From IMG/VR virus record IMGVR_UViG_3300045988_168552: a stretch of DNA of 64,000 bases. The stretch is one strand, 5' to 3'. This document shows, in pieces, positions 1-7,842 of this stretch (positions are counted from its first letter, which is position 1; every line of letters begins with the position of its first letter). Made by a program: the position numbers and the translations under genes. The stretch comes from a virus. The notes beneath the pieces were generated by a model that saw only the letters and a program-made list of their open reading frames with translations, was not told where the DNA came from and did no database searches.

Positions 1-167
1 TGGCTGGATGATGTCTCCCAGGGGTGCGAGGCGGTGCGGTGGTGGCTGGATGATGTCTCCCAGGGGTGCGAGGCGGTGCGGTGGTGGCTGGATGATACCT
101 CCCAGGGGTGCGAGGCGGTGCGGTGGTGGCTGGATGATGTCTCCCAGTGGTGCGAGGCGGTGCGGCG
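1..167. repeat. 42-bp tandem repeat, 4 units (1-42, 43-84, 85-126, 127-167), cut by the window edge
   Basis: Unit TGGCTGGATGATGTCTCCCAGGGGTGCGAGGCGGTGCGGTGG read directly. Units 3 and 4 carry a few substitutions. A T-run (168-173) and AT-rich DNA follow. Confidence 0.95.
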
Positions 168-335
168 TTTTTTCTTTATATATAATAAGGTATATAATAT
201 AATAAGCATAAATTCTGCAACAATACGTAAAAACAGACAATAAATGAGTTTATTTGCAATATATGTAAATTTAAGGTATTTATTTGTAAACAAAGGTTAA
301 AAATAAAGGAAAACATAAACTTTTTGCGAGAAATA

Positions 336-367
336 TTTGCGGGTAACAAATAAATATATTACCTTTG
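336..367 (+). promoter_or_regulatory. Bacteroidota-type promoter (-33 TTTG 336-339, -7 TACCTTTG 360-367)
   Basis: Matches the TTTG / TAnnTTTG consensus with 20-nt spacing. About 420 nt without a convincing ORF follows before the ATG at 788. Confidence 0.55.
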
Positions 368-760
368 CAATCGTAAAACAAAAGGTAATAGTTTTACAAT
401 TGATCTTTGACTTAATTACATATTGTGTGTAACTGAAGGCAGTTACTCAAAATCACAAACGAAATGAAAATATATAATAAGTAGTAAATACTTATTAATA
501 AACATATAAGGATTTTTGCCGTTAACCTTCAGGAAACGGCGGGCACTAACAACAGGCTATTATAAAGAATGTAGCGAGCTATTAGGTAGTGTATCTTATT
601 ACAGGCGCGGGCGTCGTTGGGAGTATTATAACGGTAAGAAACGGCGACAACTCAAGCCAAACAAAATACAAAATACATTACATTATAGACGGAGAAAACA
701 TTTAGCTTTTGGAAAGGGGGCGGGTCCCTTTATAGCCACAAAATTAAAACAAGAAACAAG

Positions 761-787
761 GTATTAAACATTTAAAATTAAAAAGTT
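761..787 (+). promoter_or_regulatory. Early-gene 5' box, variant (GTATTAAACATTTAAAATTAAAAAGTT)
   Basis: Shares the ACATTTAAAAT..AAGTTATG part of the box family found before most ORFs up to 13.4 kb. Confidence 0.4.
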
Positions 788-1165
788 ATGAAAAAGGATT
801 TAGTTATTTCAACAATTGCAGCGATCGCCGCTCAAAATCCAGAAGGTTACACCGTTAACGCTGCAACTCTGCAGCCTATAACTTCAGGTTATGCTGTAGC
901 CCTTGCAGTTACTCAAGACTCTTTTGGGGCCAAAGGTCTCAAAAAGGTAGTTGATGTTATCAATAAAATGCAGAATCAGGGAGAAGCTTCTCGTTTTGAC
1001 AGCCTCGCTTTTGGTGGCTGGTATGACACGAAAAGCGGTTGCTACTATTACGATGCAACCGTAATAGTAAAGGATCGCACGGAGGCCCTGGAACTTGCAC
1101 GAGTTAACGGCCAACTGGCAATTTATGATCTGGACAATTCAGATGAAATCAGACTCGACGATTAA
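788..1165 (+). CDS. Hypothetical protein (early cassette)
   Basis: 125-aa ORF with the box upstream and a perfect 9-bp-stem hairpin downstream. No motif recognised. Confidence 0.6.
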   Translation: MKKDLVISTIAAIAAQNPEGYTVNAATLQPITSGYAVALAVTQDSFGAKGLKKVVDVINKMQNQGEASRFDSLAFGGWYDTKSGCYYYDATVIVKDRTEALELARVNGQLAIYDLDNSDEIRLDD

Positions 1166-1175
1166 ATAAAGCCAT

Positions 1176-1195
1176 GGGAGCCGGTCCCGGCTCCC
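1176..1195 (+). terminator. Hairpin GGGAGCCGG-TC-CCGGCTCCC after ORF 788..1165
   Basis: Perfect 9-bp inverted repeat 11 nt after the stop, followed by TTATT. Confidence 0.55.
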
Positions 1196-1209
1196 TTATT
1201 ATCTATTTA

Positions 1210-1239
1210 TTATAGAAACATTTAAAAATTTAGAAAATC
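1210..1239 (+). promoter_or_regulatory. Early-gene 5' box (TTATAGAA type)
   Basis: TTATAGAAACATTTAAAAATTTAGAAAATC, followed directly by the ATG at 1240. Confidence 0.5.
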
Positions 1240-1677
1240 ATGGCAACAAAAATATATAATAGAAAAACTTTTGAGTTTACAGTTAACGGCGAAAAGATTT
1301 ATTTTTACTGTAGCACTACATACACGAAAAATGGATTTTGCCATCATGTTTATACTGTTGGCGGCGGAAAAGATTATGAACACTCCCGCGTATCATACCT
1401 TAACCGTACATGGGAATCTTTTGAGTATGAGACGGCATTATTCCACGCCGTGGATAAATTCTCTAAAAGTATGCGCGTATCTTTGCGCCTGGAGATCCAG
1501 ACCGTCGCAAAGAATGAACACGAAAAAGCTGAAGCCTTTTGTGCTGCATTCCAGACTAACTTTGCGGCATTAAGTACTGAACAAAAGAAATTTGTCCAGG
1601 AACACACTCCAGTTATTACTAGCATGGAACAGGCAAAAGTTGTAAATTCTGCCATGGCTATGATGGCAGCATTATAA
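1240..1677 (+). CDS. Hypothetical protein (early cassette)
   Basis: 145-aa ORF directly behind the box. The longer of two overlapping frames. Confidence 0.6.
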   Translation: MATKIYNRKTFEFTVNGEKIYFYCSTTYTKNGFCHHVYTVGGGKDYEHSRVSYLNRTWESFEYETALFHAVDKFSKSMRVSLRLEIQTVAKNEHEKAEAFCAAFQTNFAALSTEQKKFVQEHTPVITSMEQAKVVNSAMAMMAAL

Positions 1678-1695
1678 TATATTTATAGAATCCAG

Positions 1696-1748
1696 GGTGC
1701 AAAGGTTCGAGGCCTTAAATGGTGGATCATTCCCGCCGGCACCTTCTA
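1696..1748 (+). repeat. Structured intergenic element, copy A (GGTGC...GGTGGATCATTCCCGCC.GGCACC)
   Basis: One of three near-identical ~52-nt copies (1696, 2417, 2747). Outer GGTGC/GCACC and inner GGYGG/CCGCC inverted repeats. Confidence 0.7.
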
Positions 1749-1749
1749 T

Positions 1750-1775
1750 TTATAAACTTTTAAATTTTTTAGGTT
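1750..1775 (+). promoter_or_regulatory. Early-gene 5' box, variant (TTATAAAC)
   Basis: TTATAAACTTTTAAATTTTTTAGGTT, followed directly by the ATG at 1776. Confidence 0.45.
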
Positions 1776-2051
1776 ATGGCAAAATATACAAAAGAAATGG
1801 AATATAACGAACTTGCAAAACGCGGGGAGTGTTTTTGTGCGACTAGTAATTGCGGCGGTTTGGGGATCGTTGTAAGTAATGATGGCAGCGGGGTTTTATG
1901 GCGCCGTTACTGTATGGATAAATCGCACACGGCGCAAAGATGGCAAGAAATAAAGTACACGTTCCCAAGAAACGAGGACCAGGAGGCGCGCCCGTATATT
2001 ACCATATATGGCACACGTTACTATCTCGATAACTTCATGAGATGTGCGTAA
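1776..2051 (+). CDS. Hypothetical protein
   Basis: 91-aa ORF behind the box, with a hairpin downstream. Confidence 0.55.
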   Translation: MAKYTKEMEYNELAKRGECFCATSNCGGLGIVVSNDGSGVLWRRYCMDKSHTAQRWQEIKYTFPRNEDQEARPYITIYGTRYYLDNFMRCA

Positions 2052-2057
2052 AATACC

Positions 2058-2085
2058 CGGTGCCCTGGATTCTTCCAGGGTACCC
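2058..2085 (+). terminator. Hairpin CCCTGGA-TTCT-TCCAGGG with extended stem
   Basis: Inverted repeat right after the stop of 1776..2051. No T-run, so it may be an insulator or processing hairpin rather than a classic terminator. Confidence 0.4.
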
Positions 2086-2100
2086 ACAAAATAGCGATAT

Positions 2101-2126
2101 TATATAATCTTTAAAATATTAGAATT
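2101..2126 (+). promoter_or_regulatory. Early-gene 5' box, variant (TATATAAT)
   Basis: TATATAATCTTTAAAATATTAGAATT, followed directly by the ATG at 2127. Confidence 0.45.
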
Positions 2127-2384
2127 ATGAATAATAGTATCAATATTTCACGCCGTACCAGTACGGCGGCGCTAGTAAGCGTTTTATTTGCCGTGTGTGC
2201 TCTTCTTTTTGCACGCCTGAACAAGAGTATCTTTGCGGCTGCAAAAACCGCATGGAGATGGCTTTTTGTGCCTAAAACTTACTTTGCCGGCGACGGGGAG
2301 GGGGTGACAGTTAACGGCCTGCAGTTTATCGGAATAAATTTATTTGCGGCGGTTGTGTGTATGTTGTTATCAGTATCTTTATAA
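2127..2384 (+). CDS. Small membrane protein (2 predicted hydrophobic helices)
   Basis: 85 aa with hydrophobic stretches AALVSVLFAVCALLFA and GINLFAAVVCMLLSV. Confidence 0.55.
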   Translation: MNNSINISRRTSTAALVSVLFAVCALLFARLNKSIFAAAKTAWRWLFVPKTYFAGDGEGVTVNGLQFIGINLFAAVVCMLLSVSL

Positions 2385-2416
2385 AGATATTCTTTTTCAA
2401 ACTTTAAATATATCAA

Positions 2417-2468
2417 GGTGCAAAGGTTTAAGGCCTTCATGGTGGATCATTCCCGCCGGCACCTTCTA
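2417..2468 (+). repeat. Structured intergenic element, copy B
   Basis: Near-identical to 1696-1748 and 2747-2798. Confidence 0.7.
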
Positions 2469-2471
2469 GAT

Positions 2472-2512
2472 GGTGATAAAAGCCGCTATTATAGCGGCTG
2501 CAAAATATCACC
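2472..2512 (+). repeat. Two-tier hairpin module GGTGATA..GCCGCT-attat-AGCGGC..TATCACC, copy 1
   Basis: Nested inverted repeats read directly. A second copy sits at 2803-2843. Confidence 0.65.
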
Positions 2513-2530
2513 AGGGAATTAGTAAACATA

Positions 2531-2557
2531 TTATAGAATCTTTAAAATATTAGAGTT
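2531..2557 (+). promoter_or_regulatory. Early-gene 5' box (TTATAGAA type)
   Basis: TTATAGAATCTTTAAAATATTAGAGTT, followed directly by the ATG at 2558. Identical to the box at 2861. Confidence 0.5.
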
Positions 2558-2746
2558 ATGAAAGAAACTGTATTTATTACTTCTGAAAAATACGAAGGTG
2601 AAGACCTTTGCGAAATTTACTTGGGCCGTCGGGCCGCTGAAGAAGGGTACCAAAGTATCTTGGAGCTTATTTCAGACTTACCAAACAGAACGCACAAGGG
2701 CAAACGGAGTGGATTCGGTATCTGGTCGTTGTGTTTTAAAAAATAA
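2558..2746 (+). CDS. Hypothetical small protein
   Basis: 62-aa ORF behind the box. Confidence 0.45.
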   Translation: MKETVFITSEKYEGEDLCEIYLGRRAAEEGYQSILELISDLPNRTHKGKRSGFGIWSLCFKK

Positions 2747-2798
2747 GGTGCAAAGGTTTTAGGCCTTCATGGCGGATCATTCCCGCCGGCACCTTCTA
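2747..2798 (+). repeat. Structured intergenic element, copy C
   Basis: As copies A and B, but the inner stem reads GGCGG/CCGCC (G-C) where A and B have GGTGG/CCGCC (G.U in plus-sense RNA). Confidence 0.7.
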
Positions 2799-2802
2799 GT
2801 AA

Positions 2803-2843
2803 GGTGATAAAAGCCGCTTTTATAGTGGTTGTAATATATCACT
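2803..2843 (+). repeat. Two-tier hairpin module, copy 2 (GGTGATA..GCCGCT-tttat-AGTGGT..TATCACT)
   Basis: Three C-to-T differences from copy 1 all fall in stems. Each gives a G.U pair only in plus-sense RNA. Confidence 0.65.
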
Positions 2844-2860
2844 GGGAATAAATAAACATA

Positions 2861-2887
2861 TTATAGAATCTTTAAAATATTAGAGTT
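2861..2887 (+). promoter_or_regulatory. Early-gene 5' box (TTATAGAA type)
   Basis: Identical 27-mer to 2531-2557, followed directly by the ATG at 2888. Confidence 0.5.
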
Positions 2888-3274
2888 ATGAAGACTTTTC
2901 ATTTTAGCTACACTGTGACTCCTTCCGAATCATACGATAAGGATGGTAATGTAAAACGTGCGGATTTTTGGATTGATATTAGAAATCAGCACAGCGAGAT
3001 CCAGGCAGAAAACCTGAAGGAGGCGTGCCAGGCATTCAGCGAGATTTTAAGCCGTAACTGGTGTATAGATTTAACCAAAAACGGCATTAAAACCGCTACA
3101 GGTATGTATCGAGATACCGACGAAGGAGCGGAACAAGTAGGCCTTGTATTTAAGGCTCGCACGGAGGTGGAATTTGATTACACCTACAAAAGACGTAATA
3201 TCCAGGTATGGACATCAATTCGTGAAGAGTTCATTCCAGATTTCAAGAAGGAGGGCTTTAAAACTTCATTATAG
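2888..3274 (+). CDS. Hypothetical protein
   Basis: 128-aa ORF behind the box. Confidence 0.6.
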   Translation: MKTFHFSYTVTPSESYDKDGNVKRADFWIDIRNQHSEIQAENLKEACQAFSEILSRNWCIDLTKNGIKTATGMYRDTDEGAEQVGLVFKARTEVEFDYTYKRRNIQVWTSIREEFIPDFKKEGFKTSL

Positions 3275-3295
3275 AACACGCAAAATATCACTATA

Positions 3296-3324
3296 TTATA
3301 GAACATTTTTAATTTTTAGAAATT
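3296..3324 (+). promoter_or_regulatory. Early-gene 5' box (TTATAGAA type), with a second TTATAGAA at 3269-3276
   Basis: TTATAGAACATTTTTAATTTTTAGAAATT, followed directly by the ATG at 3325. AAATATCAC lies between the two boxes. Confidence 0.5.
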
Positions 3325-4149
3325 ATGGAAGCAAAGATAGATTTAAAAAATTTGGAGAATGAGAATATCAGTAAAATCGCGGACCGCTTGTGTGATTTAA
3401 TCGATGCCCCTGGAGACGTTTTCCTATGGACCGGCGATTCTATTTCAACTAAAAAGCCAGGGCGCTTCAGTAGCGTGGAAAACGCAAAGGAATACGGAAT
3501 CCTGAAAAATGAGTACTACATGCGCCGTGGTATGATTGATCGTGACAAGCCTATAAACTACATGATAGGCACGGAAAAAGATTACCAGAACGCCGTGCAG
3601 GCCTGGCAGCGTCGCAAGAAAAACGAGGAAGTAAGAAAGTACCGCGAACACGTCGAAAAACTCGTGGACCGCTCCAACAAAGAAATAATAGCCATGAAGG
3701 CGTTAAAAGATGTTTGCCGTACCTTCGATGGTAAAGTGATAAATAAGCGCTTCCTGGATGCTGCAAAGGAGGCGACGGGCTTTTATTGCAGCTTTTATGA
3801 AAGCTGCCTGGAATTAAGCGCTGTCAATTCATACGGAGAATACGCGCCGGGCATCACGTTTTACGGTTCCTGGAACTCTCAGAAGGGCAAGGAGTGGAAA
3901 TGGTTCACGGGCGACCGTATGAATGCAGAAGAAGCCATTGGGGTGATTGACTGGTATATTCTAGATAAAAGAAAGGATATAGCTAGATATAAAGATAATA
4001 TCAAACATTACGCAAAGTATGTGGACGAAGTACGCAAAATCGAGGCTTCCGTCCATGAGCTGGTCAAAACAGATAGTACTATTAGATGCTGGGCACGTGA
4101 ACATGATTTGAAGAAGTACCCACTTTTTAGCCACATCTGGATATGTTAA
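3325..4149 (+). CDS. Hypothetical protein
   Basis: 274-aa ORF with the box upstream and a hairpin downstream. Confidence 0.65.
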   Translation: MEAKIDLKNLENENISKIADRLCDLIDAPGDVFLWTGDSISTKKPGRFSSVENAKEYGILKNEYYMRRGMIDRDKPINYMIGTEKDYQNAVQAWQRRKKNEEVRKYREHVEKLVDRSNKEIIAMKALKDVCRTFDGKVINKRFLDAAKEATGFYCSFYESCLELSAVNSYGEYAPGITFYGSWNSQKGKEWKWFTGDRMNAEEAIGVIDWYILDKRKDIARYKDNIKHYAKYVDEVRKIEASVHELVKTDSTIRCWAREHDLKKYPLFSHIWIC

Positions 4150-4156
4150 TAGCTAG

Positions 4157-4175
4157 CCCTGGATAGCATCCAGGG
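4157..4175 (+). terminator. Hairpin CCCTGGAT-AGC-ATCCAGGG
   Basis: Perfect 8-bp inverted repeat 8 nt after the stop of 3325..4149. Confidence 0.45.
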
Positions 4176-4207
4176 CACCTATTATAGAACGTGTGAAATA
4201 TCACTTA

Positions 4208-4236
4208 TTATAGACCATTTTAAATTTTGAGAATTT
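4208..4236 (+). promoter_or_regulatory. Early-gene 5' box (TTATAGAC), with an upstream TTATAGAA at 4182-4189
   Basis: TTATAGACCATTTTAAATTTTGAGAATTT, followed directly by the ATG at 4237. AAATATCAC lies between the boxes. Confidence 0.5.
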
Positions 4237-4953
4237 ATGAAAGATATGATCAATACGAAGGTGTATGTAGATACCCTGAGCCAACAGGCAAAGAAGGACG
4301 GCCGACCTTATGAAATGGCATTGAATGATTTCTGTGACTTCCTTCTGGATTTATTCAGCGTGGAAGCATTCAAGAATGATTCCAAGGGTCTTCTGAAATG
4401 GCAGCAGGAACGCCTTCAGGCAAAACCGCATTTCGGCTTTTTGACTCTCGCCTGGATGGATGATGTATCACGTGCCATAGAGCGCGGAAAATGGCTTGAT
4501 GTTTTCGGTACGTTGTATGAAGATATGTATCTAACATCCGGCAAAGCTTCGAGAACGGGTCAATTTTTCACGCCTGAGAGTGTTTCGGATTTAATGAGTA
4601 ATATTATAGGCTCAAAAAAAAATGAAGCCTCCAGCGTGAAAATTGGCGGATATAAAGTGAATGATTGCGCCGCTGGCAGTGGTCGCCTTCTCCTGTCTCA
4701 TTATATGGATGTTAGCAAAACAGACCATTCAGCCGGTCGCCCTTATTGCTATATTGCCCAGGATTCGGACCCGCTGGCATGTAAGATGTGCGCCCTGAAC
4801 ATGATGATCCACGGAATGAATGGAAGGGTAATTTGCCAAGACACCCTTACTTTGAGTACTCCAACGGTGGAGTATATCGTTAACGAAATAAGATACCCAT
4901 TTATCACGCCTTATTATAGCGTGCGTACAAAACCAGGGAATCCAGAAAAATAG
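4237..4953 (+). CDS. HsdM/N6_Mtase-like SAM-binding protein lacking the catalytic NPPF/NPPY motif (truncated methyltransferase-like)
   Basis: GQFFTPESVSDLM (the G.fyTP hallmark), VNDCAAGSGRLLL (motif I) and CALNMMIHGMNG...QDTL are present. The ORF stops ~35 aa later without a (N/D)PP(F/Y/W) motif. Confidence 0.6.
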   Translation: MKDMINTKVYVDTLSQQAKKDGRPYEMALNDFCDFLLDLFSVEAFKNDSKGLLKWQQERLQAKPHFGFLTLAWMDDVSRAIERGKWLDVFGTLYEDMYLTSGKASRTGQFFTPESVSDLMSNIIGSKKNEASSVKIGGYKVNDCAAGSGRLLLSHYMDVSKTDHSAGRPYCYIAQDSDPLACKMCALNMMIHGMNGRVICQDTLTLSTPTVEYIVNEIRYPFITPYYSVRTKPGNPEK

Positions 4954-4982
4954 GATTCCCCCGGGAATAAAGAAAAAACATA

Positions 4983-5009
4983 TTATAGAACATTAAAATT
5001 TTTAAGGTT
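4983..5009 (+). promoter_or_regulatory. Early-gene 5' box (TTATAGAA type)
   Basis: TTATAGAACATTAAAATTTTTAAGGTT, followed directly by the ATG at 5010. Confidence 0.5.
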
Positions 5010-5648
5010 ATGGAAAAGAAAAAGAAATTAGATGTATCAAACATCGACCTGGTAAGCTTCGAGGGCTTCTATCAGACCATTTGGGATTCCGCTTTTGAAG
5101 TTTCAGATTACGAGTATCGAAACGAAGTTGTGGAGGATGAGGATTTTACCTTCGACGACGACAGCTATCAGAAGGTAGTTTGCGAGGCTTACACCCAGCA
5201 GTGGGAACGCTGGCTCCAGCAGTATGTTTGCAAGGATATTAAATTGTCCTTTGTAGGCGTTCAGCATCCACTGGCTTATAATTTCAGTACCGATACCATC
5301 CAGGCGAAAATCTGGCTATCTAGCGAGGCTAAAAATGCGATTATAGCCAAGGTAAAATATCACCGTGAAGAGATAGCCGGCTGGATCAAGGAGAATCATT
5401 CTTCCTGCGATGGCTTCTGGTCCTTCCTGAGCGATGATATAAAAGACTGGAACCGTGCAGCCCTATTCAGTCACAAAAGCAACCGCCAGGAAGCCTATCT
5501 CGCCTATATGCTGTATTATATAGTGAAGGCAGAAATCGGGGCAAAAAACGGCGATGATCGCCTGGAGATGATGGCTTATTATAACATCTCCGAGCAGATA
5601 AGCATCACCGAGTTTATCACATACCCTGGCAATAATAAGGCAGCCTAA
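5010..5648 (+). CDS. Hypothetical protein with acidic N-terminal third
   Basis: 212-aa ORF. The D/E-rich segment EVSDYEYRNEVVEDEDFTFDDD is present. No family recognised. Confidence 0.6.
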   Translation: MEKKKKLDVSNIDLVSFEGFYQTIWDSAFEVSDYEYRNEVVEDEDFTFDDDSYQKVVCEAYTQQWERWLQQYVCKDIKLSFVGVQHPLAYNFSTDTIQAKIWLSSEAKNAIIAKVKYHREEIAGWIKENHSSCDGFWSFLSDDIKDWNRAALFSHKSNRQEAYLAYMLYYIVKAEIGAKNGDDRLEMMAYYNISEQISITEFITYPGNNKAA

Positions 5649-5692
5649 GCGCTGCCCTATTATAGCCCATCTGGAAAATCAGAAATCACTCA

Positions 5693-5720
5693 TTATAGAA
5701 CATTCAAAATATCAGGAATT
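5693..5720 (+). promoter_or_regulatory. Early-gene 5' box (TTATAGAA type), with an upstream TTATAGCC at 5660-5667
   Basis: TTATAGAACATTCAAAATATCAGGAATT, followed directly by the ATG at 5721. Confidence 0.5.
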
Positions 5721-6710
5721 ATGGCAAACAAAGTTACAGACTTATTCAAGAAGTCATCATCATACGACAAGAAACATATTAAGAATCTGAGTACAAAGAA
5801 GGTTCCGGCAGCCTTGCTTCAGGCAGTGGAGAAGGGATGCAGTTTCGAGACTCTGGAGAAACTGGCAAAGGGCTTCCCTATCTGCAAGTATCAGACGCAA
5901 ATCACCGTCCATGGCATCTTTGATGATCCGAGTACCCGCTGTGTAGGTTTTTACGTGAATCTCACGAAAAACAAAAACCAGTCTTTGGGCATCAGATGGA
6001 CCGCTATCGACCACGAAAAGAAGGAGAAACTTTTCTCTTATATCAAATTGATGGATAATGAATGGCACATCCAGGAGGACAGCAGCAGCTTCTATATGCG
6101 CAAAATGGTGCGAGTCACCAGCCACGAAGAACTTCTGAAGGTGCAGGAAAGATACCAGGCAGAAGTGGATAAGATAGACGTAAATCTGTTTACTGGCAGT
6201 GCCAACGTCTTCAAACTGGAAGGCCTTTGGGGTATTACCTATGTAGGTTTGGCACTGGTCATCCAGTGCTTCCCAGAAGGCAGTTTTTGGCAGATAGCCG
6301 AGAATATCACGGGCAAGAAGAACACAGAGATCCTGGCAGCAGAAGCGGCTAAGATAATCGAGGAGAAGAAACGAGATGAGGAACGGGAGGCTGAAAAGAA
6401 GAGATACCAGGAGGAAGCAGATCGCAGACGTGCAGCATACGAGGCACGCCGTGCAGCCTGGAAAGCCGAAAATCCTATTCCGGCAGGATTCGAGAAGGTG
6501 GAGAATTACACCTTCCAGCCGGGAGATATGGAACTGCTTCGACCGATGGCCACCGAAACATCAGAGTTTGCGTACCGATACCGTATCTATTATAAGAGTT
6601 TTGGCAGATTATGCAACTGCCTTTGCGATGCAGTTGGAAAGCATCTGGGGCGTGGCAATGAGGTATGGAAGCATACGGTGGCAGAAGCATACGTTAAGAA
6701 GGCAGCATAA
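5721..6710 (+). CDS. Hypothetical protein with charged coiled-coil segment
   Basis: 329-aa ORF with the segment EEKKRDEEREAEKKRYQEEADRRRAAYEARRAAW. Confidence 0.65.
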   Translation: MANKVTDLFKKSSSYDKKHIKNLSTKKVPAALLQAVEKGCSFETLEKLAKGFPICKYQTQITVHGIFDDPSTRCVGFYVNLTKNKNQSLGIRWTAIDHEKKEKLFSYIKLMDNEWHIQEDSSSFYMRKMVRVTSHEELLKVQERYQAEVDKIDVNLFTGSANVFKLEGLWGITYVGLALVIQCFPEGSFWQIAENITGKKNTEILAAEAAKIIEEKKRDEEREAEKKRYQEEADRRRAAYEARRAAWKAENPIPAGFEKVENYTFQPGDMELLRPMATETSEFAYRYRIYYKSFGRLCNCLCDAVGKHLGRGNEVWKHTVAEAYVKKAA

Positions 6711-6724
6711 GTAGTAATCACTTA

Positions 6725-6742
6725 TTATAGAACATATAGAAA
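6725..6742 (+). promoter_or_regulatory. Early-gene 5' box, short variant
   Basis: TTATAGAACATATAGAAA, followed directly by the ATG at 6743. Confidence 0.4.
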
Positions 6743-7099
6743 ATGAAGAAATCATCAGTTATATATAATTTCGCCATCTCGCAGCAGCAGGGTAAAATCC
6801 TGCTGACTGCCCAGGAATATCCCTGGAGTGTGCTCCAGGTAGTGACTTTCGACCCAAAGTATTTTGAATGGTGGGTAGAAGTTTGCGAGAGTCACGGAAT
6901 GGTAGCTACACACGACAAGGACCGCTCCTTCTGCATCATCCATCTTTGTAGTGGAGATCAGAACGGAAAATATCCTGATAGGCACGTGCCAATGGATACG
7001 CCTAAAGATACAGACAATTATCTGAAGGCACTGAAAGATGCCATGGCTCAGGCAGCAGTCTGGTATTATACGAATATTATAGAATCAACAAAAAATTAG
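6743..7099 (+). CDS. Hypothetical protein
   Basis: 118-aa ORF. Its last codons contain the box for the next gene. Confidence 0.55.
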   Translation: MKKSSVIYNFAISQQQGKILLTAQEYPWSVLQVVTFDPKYFEWWVEVCESHGMVATHDKDRSFCIIHLCSGDQNGKYPDRHVPMDTPKDTDNYLKALKDAMAQAAVWYYTNIIESTKN

Positions 7100-7104
7100 A
7101 AATT
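7077..7104 (+). promoter_or_regulatory. Early-gene 5' box (TTATAGAA type) overlapping the 3' end of the preceding ORF
   Basis: TTATAGAATCAACAAAAAATTAGAAATT, followed directly by the ATG at 7105. Confidence 0.45.
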
Positions 7105-7665
7105 ATGGAAGCAAAGAATAATAATAAGAACGGTATGAACGTTATAGAGAATGTAGAGAACGAAGTGCAGGTAACAGAAGAGAGCCGCAAGGCATACGGC
7201 AGACCATCCGTCAACGAGGAGAAGGGATGGAAACTGGACCACGTTATCCCTTTCGATTTCTATCACGATGCTTATATCAAGAGCCGCGCGAGCATCGACG
7301 AGCTGGTGAATATGGTACTGCAGGAATGCAATATCAAGCCGGACGATACCTGTTCTTGGGCAAAGGACATCCGCACGATTATCAAGCACGAAATCATGAA
7401 GTATGATGAGCAGCTGGACGCGAGCGGAGAAACTCCGGACGAATGGAACCAGACAGTATCAGGAACGGAGATAGGCGACGCTATCGAAATTCGATCTGAG
7501 GCGTATTATTCTGCTGAAAATTTCGTTCCTCATACCTTCGAGGAGGTGAAGGAGGAGTATATCCGAGAAGGATCTTGGGAGACGTTTTTAGCCATTAGTG
7601 GCATGACGGAGGCAGAATGCAAGAAAAACCGTGATAGCCGCTATGCTCATCTGTATGAGGCTTAG
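7105..7665 (+). CDS. Hypothetical protein
   Basis: 186-aa ORF. A GC-rich multi-hairpin stretch follows (about 7700-7790). Confidence 0.6.
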   Translation: MEAKNNNKNGMNVIENVENEVQVTEESRKAYGRPSVNEEKGWKLDHVIPFDFYHDAYIKSRASIDELVNMVLQECNIKPDDTCSWAKDIRTIIKHEIMKYDEQLDASGETPDEWNQTVSGTEIGDAIEIRSEAYYSAENFVPHTFEEVKEEYIREGSWETFLAISGMTEAECKKNRDSRYAHLYEA

Positions 7666-7819
7666 AAAAGAAATATACCGTGACCATTTATAATGGTCCG
7701 TCATCTATAAAGGGGGAGCCTGAGAGCCTTCCCCTACCCCGTCCGGCAGACCGGCAAGGGTGGATCGCCACCGCCACGGGGAGCATTTTTAAACATAACT
7801 TTAAGATTTTAATTGTTTC

Positions 7820-7842
7820 GCGGAAGCGTCCGCATTTGTTTT
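7820..7842 (+). terminator. Hairpin GCGGA-AGCG-TCCGC plus ATTTGTTTT
   Basis: Short stem with a T-rich tail at the end of the early block. Confidence 0.4.

Noticed and set aside
8-243. ORFs 8..202 and 34..243 (64 and 69 aa) with repetitive translations
   Set aside because: They are reading-frame artefacts of the 42-bp tandem repeat followed by AT-rich non-coding sequence. At most they are the tail of a gene entering from the left, which cannot be judged from this window.
516-767. ORF 516..767 (83 aa, very basic)
   Set aside because: It has a non-ATG start, Arg/Lys/Tyr-rich low-quality composition, and lies in a leader region containing hairpins. It is more likely non-coding.
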